From the NCBI RefSeq assembly GCF_964188315.1, contig NC_135656.1, positions 70,990,001-71,054,000 of the forward strand: a DNA stretch of 64,000 bases, read 5' to 3'. The notes under the pieces were generated by a model. It ran no database searches, had not been told where the DNA came from, and saw nothing but the letters and a program-made list of their open reading frames with translations. The position numbers were made by a program, and so were the translations under genes. The stretch is from Podarcis muralis. Its lineage: Eukaryota. Each line of letters opens with the position of its first letter. The first letter of the stretch is position 1. Below, piece after piece: positions 1 through 12,987 of the stretch.

Positions 1-307
1 GACTTGTAGCTTATACACTTAGAAGGTTTCCTGCTTCTGTAATGTCTAGATATATCTGGGGGCAGAGTGATTCCTCCTAATACATTAAGATAGATGTGGA
101 GCAATTACAGTTTATTTGTATCTGGTTTTGTTTTCATATTTATTTATTTAGCTGTTTGCGTCCAGGTCTACCCCACCCCTAGCGATTGTAAGGGAAGAGG
201 TATCCTGGGCTACCAGCTGCAAAGGGCATCCCTGCTCATCTCTATTCTTCCTATTTAAGAGCAACCTAATCAAGATTTTTAGCATTATTTTTTCATAGTT
301 TCTTTTC

Positions 308-362
308 ATAGAGTTGGAAGGGACCCTAAGGGCCATCTAGTCCAACCCTCTGCAATGCAATC
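308..362 (-). mobile_element. CR1 LINE 3' end fragment
   Basis: catagagttggaagggaccctaagggccatctagtccaaccctctgc is the reverse complement of a CR1 3' terminus. Confidence 0.7.
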
Positions 363-1063
363 TGATTAATAGAAGGGAACCACACCAGTTTTTAACATGC
401 GGAATGAAAGCAGCATAATTCTGTTTAAGGCATAAAATGCTTCTGAGTTAGGGTGCACTATTTTGATGGATGATGCAGTTGTAATCATCCAAGTTGCATC
501 TGCTTGAGGTGAGGCGAAATGAAGGGAAGATGCACCAAAGTTAGCCTCAAATGTGAATATCAGCCCCTGAGATACTTTGACCTTGGTTGTCATGCCAACA
601 GATAGCTCTTCTTCGCTGAAAAGCCATATTCACCCTTAGGGATGGGTGGAGAGTGAGTAGGTTTTTTGTCTGGGTTTATGAGCTGCTCATCACAATAGGT
701 TGCCAGAGCCCTTTGTGTGAAGCTCAAATGCTTGGGCATCAAGTGTCTTGGAGGCCTTGATGCCCTTCAGAGCAGCTTGCCCTGAATGCTTTCTCCACCC
801 CCTCTAAACTTTCAACTGGGGCAGAATGTTAATGGCCCAATCCCTACAGCTGGAAGCAGGTTAACAAAAGCAGCCAGTAACATTTGCCTTTCCCAAAACT
901 GAGGTACAGATCCTGGTGGAGGGGGTGGGGGAGACTCCTTGGTCAAAGGATTGGACAGTTCATTGATCCCAGATAAAGACCCAAGTTGGGTCGATTGCCC
1001 TCTTTGCAACACAAAAAAAGTTTATTATCTAGTAAGAAATGAATAGGTATCTGGTTGCTTAGA

Positions 1064-1065
<2 letters not shown>

Positions 1066-1098
<33 letters not shown>
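1066..1098. repeat. (ATTG)n microsatellite
   Basis: Direct reading. Confidence 0.95.
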
Positions 1099-1100
<2 letters not shown>

Positions 1101-1219
1101 TTATATACAGTTAGATGCCGTTTAGATGCCGTTAAGTGGACATTCAGAGTGTCACAGTTTCAGCAGGATTCAGTTACATGTTGGAAAATCCAGGCTGCAC
1201 AATTGCAATTGATTGGGCG

Positions 1220-1344
1220 ATCTTGCATAACACAACTCATTTCCTCTAAAGACCTGGTTTATTTGTTTTTGTAGCAATTGGGAAATCTTGCACAACACAA
1301 CGTGTTTCCCCTAAAGACCTGGTTTATTTGTTTTTGTAGCAATA
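1220..1344 (+). repeat. Local tandem duplication, period about 65 bp
   Basis: atcttgca(t/c)aacacaac...taaagacctggtttatttgtttttgtagcaat occurs twice. Confidence 0.85.
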
Positions 1345-2389
1345 AAGAAAGTGACAGGGAAATGCACTGGGAAGTGTGGGATAACGCTTGCTTGATGCAA
1401 CATCATTTAACCTTGCAGCAAACTAAACAGGATGAATGTTACATAAACACGTCATCTGGAAGTGCCCATAATCTCATTTATACGCCTGGGTGTCATAGTT
1501 TGTTGGAATATGAGATGTTGTTTCCTTTTGTTAGCAAAAACAAATCATAGTTGTTCATAGCATCTCCTTATCTGAATCATACTCTTTTTTTCTCTCAGGA
1601 CAATATGCCTCTTTACCACAGTGGAAGCCCAACTGTCCTGTAGTTTTGCCTCACCCTTCTCCCCTCTCTCTGCACCCAGAGAAAAGCTGAATGGAGCATT
1701 TCATTCTTCATTCCTGCTTTGTCACCACATCCACTGTTGTTTGGGATGAGGAATGGTTTTCCTCCTCCCGTCTCCCTTTCATATAGAATCTGTACACAGA
1801 ACCCTTTTATGCAGTATTGATGGGACTGCATGGGATGCTGAGCTGGCCGATGATCTTCCCACCCTTTCAGAGGCCATCAGGGGACATCTATGAACACAAA
1901 CTTAAATGTCTGTAGATTCTGAAAGTAAAAGAAAAATCAAAGACAATATGGCTGGTGCTAAGCAAATGCACAACAGATTCCCAAAGCCACAAGTATGAGA
2001 TCACTTCTTTATGTGGTGTGGCTATATTACAGTAGAAGCTGCTCTTCCTAGTTCCCTGTTGCCTACCCTGATGAGCTATAAGGAAGACTTAAGGCTGCAG
2101 CCCTAAACAGGTCTACTCAGGAGTAAGTCCCATTTAGTTCAATGGAGCTCCACTTCCAGGTAAGAGGGTTTAGGATTTAGCACTTGTTGTTTAGTGCACT
2201 GTAGCCATTTATTAGACCACACTTCCAATCTTATTAGTGTTTGACTGGAGGCTGTGACCCTGTACTCACTTATCTTGGAGTAAACCACATGGAACTCAAG
2301 AGAGACTTTCTTCAGAGTGGTGTCATTCATTAACCACAAAGCAGGTGTAATGCAGGTATCAGTTTAGAATGGAGGACTTAAAGACCCAT

Positions 2390-3250
2390 TCACATTTATT
2401 TATTTTTAAAATTTGTATACTACCCTATACCTGTAGATCTCAGGGCAGTTCACAACATAAAATTGCAATATAAAAAACACAAAATGCATAATAAAAATAA
2501 GAACAAAAGGCCTGGTTGACTTTCAACCAGTCCATGACGGAGGCAAGACAGTGGGCCAGCACATCCACTGCCTCACCTGCAGATGCAAAGGAGAAGTGGA
2601 GATGTGTGTCATCAGCATATTGCTGACAACATACTGCACACCTCTTGATAACCCCACCTAGCGGCTTCATGTAGATGTTAAACATCATAGGGGATAAAAT
2701 TGAACCCCAAGGAGGGTTCAAACCCACACAGGGCCAAAGAACACTCCCCAAGCAACACCTTCTGGACCCCTCCATCCAAGGAGGACCAGAACCACTGTAA
2801 ATGCTGCCACCCACCCTTAACTCAGACATCCTCTCAAAGGAATACCATGGTTGATGGTATTGAAAGCCACTGAGAGGTCAAGGAGGACTAACGGGGGCAC
2901 ATTTTCCCTGTCTCTCTCCCGACAAGAGGTCATCGTACAGGGTGACCAAAGCAGTTTCTGTGCCAAAACCCTGACTGATATGCACCTAGAAAATCAGTTT
3001 CCTCCGAGAGCACCTGGATCTGGTCCATGATCACCTACTCAAGAACCTTGCCCAGGAAAGGGAGATTAGCAGCTGGCTGGTAATTACTTAGATTTTCGGA
3101 ATCCATTCAGTTTTCCAAACCATTTGCACATGAATCCTCTCACCAGATTATTATAGGAGTAGATTATGCATCCCATGTGATCAGCACCTCTGCAATCCTG
3201 TGAATGGCAAGGTTATGAAATCCAGGTTTCTCTTGATAGCAAATGACCAA
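2390..3250 (-). mobile_element. Degenerate L2-clade LINE (RT core plus 3' tail)
   Basis: Minus ORF 2440-2829 contains GSILSPMMFNIYMKPLG and QYADDT, which are RT motifs. An A-rich L2-type tail lies at about 2390-2510. Confidence 0.8.
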
Positions 3251-4491
3251 TCTCGCTTTCCAGTGGCATATTCACATATGTTATCTTGGTGTGGGAAACA
3301 TCTTATAACAAGGAAACATTGTGTTTATAGGCACTGGGTGCCTTCTTAGATCAGTGCAGCACTAAGCACAAATTGCCTGGGGAGGGGGCAGTTTAACGTT
3401 GCTGTTGTTGTTTTTGCTAGGAAACTCTGATGAAGTGAATCATAGTCCAGGAAAGCTTATACTGTAATACCTTTGATAGCCTTTAAGGTACCACAAGATT
3501 CTGTTTTGTTTTGAAGTCAAGGGCATCTTACTGCTATCCACTAGGAAAAGTAGTTCCCTACATTCTTATCACTGCTTTGACCATTTGATGGAGTGCCCAA
3601 ACAGGGAAATAGTATTCTGTACCGAGATCTAAGTAGGACGCCATCTCTTCTATTGATGACCCTGACCCTGAGCTGCTGACAGTGTTCACACATTCAGTGC
3701 CAGCCCTGAGTTACTGTCTGTAAAATCCTGGTGCTGTTCATGTCATGGCCACATTAATGAATTAACTAATCAATACACCACTCACATACCAAAGCGGCTT
3801 TTAAGCGGTTTCTTAGCAGCCATTTTGGCATTCATATCCTTGTATAAGTCATTGATTCACCACCAAAATATGACATGTAGTTCTGTGCTTAATGGTACCA
3901 AGAAGTACAGATCTGAAACCAGAAGGTCAGAAGTGCATCTTGAAAATTATGATTAGAAGGGGCATACCAGGGCTTTGGGCTGAGAGTTGCATAAAGTAGC
4001 TAAATAAAATACAGAAAAATAAGTTGTGCCAGCAGTTGTGGAAGTCCATAGTTTTATACCCACAGCAACCCTGTGAGGTAGATTAAGCGAAGAGATAATA
4101 ACTGGCCCAAGGTTATCCAGTAGCACCATGGCTGAGTGGGGATTAGAACCCAGGCCTCCAGGGCCATAGTCTAGCCTTCCAACCACTGTGCTACAGTGGC
4201 CTGCACCATAGTGGAGAACTTATGGCTGCATTTCTGGATGTGACCTGACAAGCAGAAAGCCAGCAGGTGGGTCTGGGTGGAGATCAGTGCTGTCTAGATG
4301 GGTCTTTCCCTTTCCAAGGCAGGCTGAGGATTTCCCCCGCTCCTCCTTCTCCCACTTATGCTGCAGGGGCTGGGGGGGGGGGCTGCTGTTGTAACCCGAT
4401 CTGGCAGACAATCTCACTCTTGCTTCTCCGCCTTTCAGCTACCAGAGGTTCAGAGTCCAGCGCCTGCAGAGGAGAAGAGGCAGCTGCTGCA

Positions 4492-4579
4492 ATGATCCAG
4501 GCACTGGTGCTCCTGTTGCTGGCTGGAAATGGAGCCTCGGCTACCAGCACCAATCCGCGTCTGAAGCTCTCCTTTCATA
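4492..4579 (+). CDS. SEMA3B: Semaphorin-3B coding exon 1 (signal peptide)
   Basis: ATG 4492 gives MIQALVLLLLAGNGASATSTNPRLKLSFH, matching the class-3 semaphorin PRL(K/R)LSF motif. Donor cata|gtaagg, phase 1. Strong acceptor tctccgcctttcag at 4437-4438 upstream. Confidence 0.88.
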
Positions 4580-5919
4580 GTAAGGCGGACATCAAACCAA
4601 CAGAGGGGATGGATGAGAAGTGTGTATGTGAGCTTGCACCCATGTAACATTTTCAGAGGAGGTGTGAACCAGGAATGGGTGTTACAGGGGATCTCTAGAG
4701 TTTTGAATGGGCAGTCCTCCATAGGTGATGGGGCCATCAATAGGATGTTATGGACAATGTCTTTCCATAGAGCAAAACTCGGAAAGACAGGTTTTGAGGT
4801 GGTAAGCAGAGAAGCAGAGTTTATGTTTGTGGATGGAAGGGGTTGATGTGACAGCTACAAATATGTTATATTCTGAGCGTTTCCATCTTATGATGCCCAC
4901 CTTGCCACTCCTTCAGGGCTCTACCTGTCTCCTATAACATAACAAGTGATCTTTACAGAGACACACAAGGTCATGGAGAGCTGTGTATTATTATCCTGAT
5001 GCTCCAAATTGTAGCTGGTGCACTCAGTGTCCAGCCTGTGCTAGGAGTAAGGAAGTGTGGGGCATTTAGAAAGGCACACTCTGTTACTATCAAATCAGGA
5101 AGAGTTCTGTTCTTTTAATAGTGAGATGAAAATGGATCCTCTTCCTTCTCTTCTTCTTCTTCTTCTTCATCTTCATCTTCATCTTCTTCTTCACACTCAT
5201 GTGTAGCTAGAGACTCTGTTTCCTTAAGTTTGCAACACTGCCTAAGATTTATGTGCTGGTGTCATTGAGGTCTGGCTCTGATCCCATATGTTGTGGGGAT
5301 ATGTTTCTTTCAAGTTTAGGAAAGAGATGCGTAAGGACTGTCTAATTATGAACATTTGGGGGGAGGGAAGCCAAAATAGAACATTTGTTCGTGTCTATAT
5401 AACACCACAAATTAAGTGGCTGTGCTAATACTTTACAAGTTTTAAATGACCAGAAAGAATCTGATAAATATTTGATAATGGGCAACAGTACAAGTACATT
5501 TTTTTTAAATAAAGGACTAGACCGATTATTGGCTAACAAACATATTAAAAGGCTGTTAACCAAAATACTCAGATTGTATAGCTTAGAAGTGGACTATTTC
5601 TCTGTGTGTTTTCATCTAGAACCCTGTGATGCACCGATGGATTTTAATATATGAAGTAAGACAGCATGATCAGGATTTCTTAACATTAAGGCATATAAAT
5701 TAAACTTTAAGCAATCCTGAGCATGCACTCTTGCTTAAAAACACATAGAGCCCCTAGCTGAATGAAACAGGCTTTTTATTATGTATTTTAATTAGTGAAG
5801 GTTTAATGCTCTGATGGAATTGTTATGGCATATTTTAATTTCATGTGTGGATTTTCTATAGTTGCAAACCGCTTAGAAGCCATTTGGACATATAAATGGT
5901 ATACAAATTAATAATATTA

Positions 5920-6089
5920 CTGTATTTTTCTGTGTGTAACACGACTCCATGTATAAGACAACATTTCCCTTCTACTGCCGCAGCACCAGCCCTTGCTTAC
6001 TTAGCATATTAACCCATGTATAAGACGACCCTCAATTTATCACAAAAAAATTCAGAAAAAAAGGTCATCTTATACATGGAAAAATATGG
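5920..6089. mobile_element. Tc1/mariner-pogo type MITE
   Basis: TA|CTGTATTTTTC...GAAAAATATGG|TA; internal catgtataagac repeats; same family as 46156-46507. Confidence 0.75.
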
Positions 6090-7474
6090 TAATAATAATA
6101 GGTCAGCAGTCTTTGCAAGAATCGCAACAAGCAGCAAAAACTACTAGATAGTCAACAGCAAAATGGACTTGCAACCTATTGGTGGAAGACAAAGTCCAAC
6201 TTCCGCCACACACTCGTGCACACAGCTGTGGCCCTCAGGATCTCTTCCAACTGTACAATTCTATGATTCTGTGAAACATGGCCCATTCATTAGTCTGCTG
6301 GAAGTGATAAGCAGGGATTAAAATACCCTGTTAGTGTTTGAGAATGCTTCTTTTCAAGTATCTGGAAGTGTTTTAGCTATTAGATAGTCCGTTAGTATGA
6401 TAAATAGACTCAGTACTTATGTGAAATAAGATACAAAAGCATCTCTCGCTAAGAGGGGAAGAAATTCTCTCATGCACTCAGAGATGATATCATAGAACGT
6501 TGCCCTGGAATGGACCACAGAAAGTTGTCTAATTCATTTGCTTGATTTTTAAGGAAAAGCAGATCCGACAAATTGTGTCACTCATTGTTGAAACATCTAG
6601 TAATGAGGCTGTATAATCATCATACCTTTGCTAGTTTCTGGGCCTACGCCGCATGCTTCACAATTTTCAGACATTTTCTTACAAACGCAAGGTTTTCTTC
6701 AATAAAGCATTAGATTCCTAGGATGTAGCAGATGTCATGGTGCAGTACCATGGACACTGGGTATATTTTATTCTGGTGATGAATGGATTCTACCAAAGTG
6801 TTATCCTTTGGTAGGATTCTTTTTGGCACCCCCTTTTACGATGACAAAGCAGCGCTAATGCATTAAGAGCCAGACTAGACTAGTATCAGATTTTTCTACC
6901 ACTGATGGCAGCAGTGTTGGTGGGGCACTAGTCGGACTTGCTAGCACAGGTGCAGTCTTTAGGGAAATTTCTCCCAAAAGTTATTCTCTCTTCCAAACAC
7001 GGCCACACTTTCTTATCTTTTGGCAGCTGGCCAAACCTAATGACATGTTGGAACATCTCATCTTTTGAATGATTTGTAAAGTTGTTAGGCTGCAGCTTTA
7101 ATTGCCGAGTTACCCCTTATGAAGTCAGTTCTTGAATGCTCATGGCCAAGTCCTTGCAACAGTGCGTCACATGGATTGTGAAGGAAAGGGAAGGGGGTGT
7201 TCTGCTTGTGGGAATAGAAGGGCACTGTGTTTTGGCAGAGGTTGGGAACATGTGGCCATCTAGAAGTGGTTGGACTCCCAGCTCCCATCAGCCCCAGCCA
7301 GCATGACTAATGAGCAAGGATAATGGGAGCCATAGCGCAGCAATATATAAAGGGCCACACATTCCACACCCCTAGTGTTTGTGGTACAGGGAAAAAATGG
7401 AGGGCAGTTGGGTTGCTTTGAGGGAGTGATATGCAGGCACTCCTTTTGGAGCATTCTGGAAGTGTTTGCTCTTA

Positions 7475-7700
7475 CAGTGGTACCTCTGGTTATGTACTTA
7501 ATTCGTTCCGGAGGTCCGTTCTTAACCTGAAACTGTTCTTAACCTGAAGCACCACTTTAGCTAATGGGGCCTTCCGCTGCTGCCGTGCCACCGGAGCACG
7601 ATTTCTGTTCTCATCCTGAAGCAAAGTTCTTAACCTGAGGTAGTATTTCTGGGTTAGCGGAGTCTGTAACCTGAAGCGTATGTAACCCGAGGTACCACTG
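7475..7700 (+). mobile_element. Tc1/mariner MITE (CAGTGGTACCTC TIR)
   Basis: TA|CAGTGGTACCTC...GAGGTACCACTG|TA. Confidence 0.88.
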
Positions 7701-9664
7701 TATTCTTATTACTATTCTTATTAATGTTATCCTCATTTATTTGTTGCTTTCCACACACAAAAATCCTCAAACCAACTTATAGTTTCGTAACATACGCACA
7801 AAGCATCAATACATTTACAAGCAATGCATCAAGAAAGGCAATAAAAGCCAAATTTGATCTAAAAACAAAGTCACTCATGCAACAGTATTATAAAAAAGAT
7901 CATTCCTACCCACCCAATTAAAGAATGTAAACAACGAACCAAATGGAAATCATCCTGCGGTATGACCCCAATGAAAAAACAAAGGCCTTGGTAAATGGGA
8001 GTTTCTGTGTAGGAATGCCTAAAAACTGACAGCAATGACACCAGGCTTTTTTCCCCCTGGGGAGGGCAGTTGACAAACAGGAGAGCAAACCATGGTAAAA
8101 CCCCATTCTCACATTACCACCCTCCTCAGAGGAGACACATTAGTGATTTTGGTGCAACCAAAACCAGGCAAAGCTCACCAGACCTCCTTGATCCCTCAGC
8201 CCCCAAGCAGCAGTAACTGCTGTCATTGACCACTCACGGACTAGCACCATTCACCTCTTAAACAGCAGTGGGGAACCTCCAGATGACAGGGTTCATTAGG
8301 CCCAGCCAGGGTCTTAATCTTCCCCAAGAGACAGTTCCCTGCAACTGTGTTCACCTGCCGTCGTATGTGATGCCTGGTGTGCGGCAGATAAATATGCAGC
8401 TGCAAAGGAGCAATTGGGAGCTTAAAGTGCACTTCTTATTGTTCCTTGGCAAGTGGGGCTGACAGCAGTGACCCCCGCTGATGAATTCTGACAGGGACTG
8501 CCTTTGAAATTGTCTGTTTTGCAGGTGGTTTTGATCCAAACAGCTCCTGCAACTGAACAATGTCCACCCGCAGACCAGCTTTGTGATGGTCTTTGTTGGA
8601 GTGCAGAGGGGAAATGTCTATTTTCAGGTGCAGTTTGAATCCAAGTCACACCTGCAAATGAACAAAGCGAAGGCTGGCTGTCAGCACCACATAGACAATT
8701 GTTGTTGACAGCAAGCCCCTTTGATGTCAGAGGGGTGGCCCTGCCAATTGTCCAAATGGCCCATGTGAGAGAGGAAGGTGAGGATCCAGCCCACCAGCCA
8801 GATAAATTTCCACACCCTCACCCTAAAATATCTAAAACTGGAGACTTAGCATCAAAACAATATGAAAATAACTATGTGCTGCAGTTAAAAATATGCCAAT
8901 CAGTGGAAAAGGCTATTTCTGCTTCCCAAGCAGACAAGACAAAGTTCTTTTTATTCCATCCTCTTTGACATCTTTATTTTCAACCTATTGTTTCATAAAA
9001 AGCCTCTACCGAATTTCCTGTGAGTGACAGAGAAAGCAAGCTGGCCAGCTTATCAGTTCACCAGGGATTAATGTGATTAAAAACCAATTCTCAAGAAGGT
9101 GCTAGATAAAGTGTTTCCTTGTCTCTCCCGGCCACACTCCTGCACTCCCTTTCCTCCTCTGTGTGCTCATTCCCTTTCTCTGCAGAGTATGAGGAGGAGA
9201 GGTGAAATGTAAACATACAGGTAGAACACACAGGTGTGTGGCTGGCTGCCTTGATGGCTAGCCAGGTGCAGAGCCTTGTGTTTCTATGCAAAGAGAAGCA
9301 GATGTGTAGATTTTGAAGGTCACAGTCAATAAGCTCACCACAATTTTGATTTCACTTTAAATGATCAATGCAGGGACATGAGAATGAAGCCTCCTTTCAA
9401 AGCAGGACCAACAACAGGAAAAGTCTATGGTAGCTTTATTTTTGCTCCTGTGAAGACTGTGCTCATTAGCTTCTTCTCTTACCAAACCCAACACTTTGGT
9501 GTGGGCTCTGTGGCTTCATTGCACACGTGGGACTCCTTGATGGCAGAGACACTCCCATTTATTTCAGTGGAGGGACATGCAACCCATGGTTATTGTTGTA
9601 AGATTTTTTATCCATCCTTCAGCATAAGCCCTAGGGGAGGCTACAACAATGTAAAAATATAATA

Positions 9665-9879
9665 CAGTGGTACCTTGGGTTACAGACACCTCAGGGTACA
9701 GACTCCGCTAACCCAGAAATAGTACCTTGGGTTAAGAACTTTGCTTCAGGATGAGAACAAAAATCATGCGGCGGCAGTGGGAGGCCACATTGGCTAAAGT
9801 GGTACCTCAGGTTAAGAACAGTTTCAGGTTAAGAACAGACTTCCAGAACGAATTAAGTTCTTAACCTGAGGTACCGCTG
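9665..9879 (-). mobile_element. Same MITE family as 7475-7700, inverted orientation
   Basis: TA|CAGTGGTACCTT...GAGGTACCGCTG|TA; interior is the reverse complement of 7475-7700. Confidence 0.88.
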
Positions 9880-10194
9880 TATTAAAATCAGTTAAAACAA
9901 GCTACAATCAAAAGAACGTGTCGTTTTTTCCCATAAGCCTGCGTGCGAAGTCGGTGGCTGCCAGTGTTCATTCAAATATTTTGCAAAGGGGTGCCATATT
10001 TTGATGTGATAACTTTGTCCACATCTGATGCGCTATTCAGGGCATGCACCCTTATTGTAATTTTTTCAGATAAGGCTATACGTTGTGTTGCCATTGTGAG
10101 ATATGTAGGTGTTCAAGTCTTTTCCAGTTCTGTGCTCTGAGTAGTCGTTGTTCACATACCCTCCAACATTTATCTGATGAAAACAGGGGCATCC

Positions 10195-10562
10195 TGTTCT
10201 ATTATATTATAGTATATATAATATACTAATATGATATATGATATATGATTATTCTATTATATCCCATCTGACTGGGTTACCCCAGCCACTCCAAGCAGCT
10301 TCTAAATTATATAGAAACAAAATAAAACACTGAACATTAATAACTTCCCTATACAGAGCTGCCTTCAGATGTCTTCCAAAGGCTGTATAGTTACTTCTTT
10401 CCTTGGCTCGGGGGTCACATAACTCTATACCCTCCAACATTTCTCTGATGAAATAGGGACACCCTAAGGAAAAGTGGGGCATTCTGGAATCAAATCAGAA
10501 ACGGGGATGGCTTCTGTAAATCTGGGACTGTCCCTGGAAAATAGAGGCACTTGGAGGTTCTG
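10195..10562. mobile_element. L2 3' tail (minus, about 10195-10418) abutting a short TIR element (10417-10562)
   Basis: KRHLKAALYREV-type L2 tail. The element begins ataccctccaacatt and ends cacttggaggttctg; a second copy of its left end lies at about 10156-10195. Confidence 0.65.
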
Positions 10563-12079
10563 TGTTTAAAGCAGATAGGCCAGGAAGGGACATGCAGGAC
10601 TAGAACTAAGTAAGGGGAAGCAGTTGTGCTAAGCCAGGCCTGCTCAGGTTTTCCATGCCCATCTGTGGCCCAGCCAGAGGTCAATACTAAGCCACAGAGG
10701 AGGGAGATGGCAAGGAGAGAAGGCCATGTTGGTTGTCTGGTGCTGCTGGACTAGAAGAATATGTATATCTCAAGCAGACTCAAGCCAAGGAACATGGAGT
10801 GGGGGGGGGGGTTGAGTGGGGTTGCAGATCAGGCCGTGACCTCCCTCTGGACCCTGCGCACCCTATGCACCCGACATGGGCAGCAGCTCATTAGCGGGTG
10901 GATTGCTCCCCTGCCAGCCACTTTCTTCCCCTTCTCCACAATGGCTTATTTGTTCCTGCTGCCGAAAGCAGATTAGGCTCTCTGCAGAGAGAAAGGGCCC
11001 TTTCTCTGCGCAGATGCCTGTTGTGCTGGGAGATTAACGTCACGCTGTTGTTGAGGCTGCTAACCTGTTAAAGCTGGTGGAACAGATCAGGGAGCGGGCT
11101 TGAAAGGTGGGTGTAAGAGGACACAGGCCACAGACGGGGTGCGGGGTGGGGGTAGGGTGGGAAGACAAAATCGGCAGAAGCCCCCCGACCACCACCCAGC
11201 CTACTCCCCGCTCACTTCTTGAATGGCACGCAGCCAGAGTAGGTTCGTCAGAAACTTGAGGCTTGGGAATGTCTACAGGACACCACCTGCATTTCCAGAT
11301 GTCAGCAGCATCTACTGGAGCACTGAGGCTGCAGATCTGCATTTTCAGATCTGTTCACCACCACCACCTAGTACAGTGGTACCTTGGTTGTCGAACTTAA
11401 TCTGTTCCGGGAGTCCGTTTGACTTCTGGAACCATTTGAAAACCAAGGCGCAGCTGCACACCTTTATCTGTGTGATAAAGGTGAAGGTTCATTATCATGT
11501 CTCTGTTAATAGTAGCTCCATGTTGTTGCTTCGCCACAAAGTTCAAAGGATAAATGATGGTTATCATTTCCTCCAAAATATGCAGAAGTAAGATGGGGCT
11601 AGCTAGTCCAATTGTGATTTACCCTATACAGCTCTCTGGCATCTAAGCAATGGGTGTGGAAATCTCCCACACAGACAAGAGTAATTGGGACACTAGCATA
11701 ACTGACAGGAGACCACTGTTCCAAGTCTTGGCTGTACAGATGACCTTTATGTGATCTTGCCCAAGACAAGGCCCTCCCTCTAGGCCTCTGAGCTCTTCAC
11801 ACCTTTCTCTTTCTTCAGACTGAAAGTTTCTTGGAGTAGGAGAAGGACTCCCTTATCTGGCTGCACACATATAGCAGGCTTTTATGGGCTGCACAGTCAT
11901 AATAACTATGTCATCACATAAGCAGAACGGATATCCCAGTATCCTTGACTGTCAGAGGCCTTCAGATTACAAGGGAGTGTCAGGAAGAGGACTTTTAAGG
12001 ATGCCATCTCTCAGATAAACTCAGGCCATATCCACACATTGTGTTTAAAGAAGCATTATGCCATTTTAAACAGTCCCCA

Positions 12080-12520
12080 AATAACTCTGGGAACTGCAGT
12101 TTGTTAAGGGTGCTGAGAATTAAAAAATAATAATAATAATTTAATTTTCAGATTTTTGAGTTTACAAACAATGGTCAAACAACCAAAACAAAAAGAGAAT
12201 TCCATAAATTTCCATGGACTTCCCTCCTCCCCTTTGTGGGTCCTTATGTTAACTCCCCCCCCCCCGCGCAACTTCTCTATTAATCCAATTCTATTAAATC
12301 TCCAGTACAACCCTTGTCATATCCGTTGTTATGGTTGCTGCTAATTGTTAGGAGACCCCTTTCCCCTCTCAAAGAGCTGTGATTCCCAGAGTGGCTTGAG
12401 TCAATCCTTCTTCCCAGGGAACTCTGGGAATTGTAGCTTTGTGAGGGGAACAAGGGTCTCCTAACAACTCTCAGCACTCTCAACAAGCTACAGCTCCCAA
12501 TATGGCATTGGGGGAAGCCA
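12080..12520. mobile_element. Lizard MITE split by a LINE (L1-like) 3' UTR insertion at about 12122-12342
   Basis: MITE words gggtgctgagaatt / gttaggagacccct are interrupted by an AT-tailed segment, with a degenerate duplication tgctgagaatt / tgctgctaatt. Confidence 0.5.
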
Positions 12521-12829
12521 TAACTGTTTTAAGCTGCATAAACATCCTCTGGAATAGGGAAATGGCCACGTTTAACAGAGTACAGCTTTGTTTGTTTATT
12601 TCAGCATTTATGCCTCTCCTTTCAATTCCTGAATGCAGTTGTAACAATAAAAACCAATTTAAAAAGCAGAAATCAAGGGATAATTGTTTGCACTTCACTT
12701 AGGTGCCTTATGTTGTATTCAATTGACTCCAGCTGATTCTCCAGCTGATTCTCAACTTTGCGAATGCAGATGGAGTTGTGCGTAACACGCAAGCGATCGT
12801 GGTTCATCTCCTTTCTTTTTCCTCTCCAG

Positions 12830-12987
12830 ATTTGCGACTGCGCCACGGACTGCGCACTTATGAGCTGGAGCGCTCCTGCTGCTACGACTCACTGCTGCTG
12901 GATGAAGAGAGGGGACGGCTCTTCGTGGGTGGGAAAAACTACCTGGCCTCCCTGAGCCTAGACAACATCAGCAAGCAGGACAAGAAG
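12830..12987 (+). CDS. SEMA3B: SEMA3B exon 2 (158 nt)
   Basis: ctctccag|A...AAG|gtagcc; LRLRHGLRTYELERSCCYDSLLLDEERGRLFVGGKNYLASLSLDNISKQDKK resembles human SEMA3B as recalled. Confidence 0.96.
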
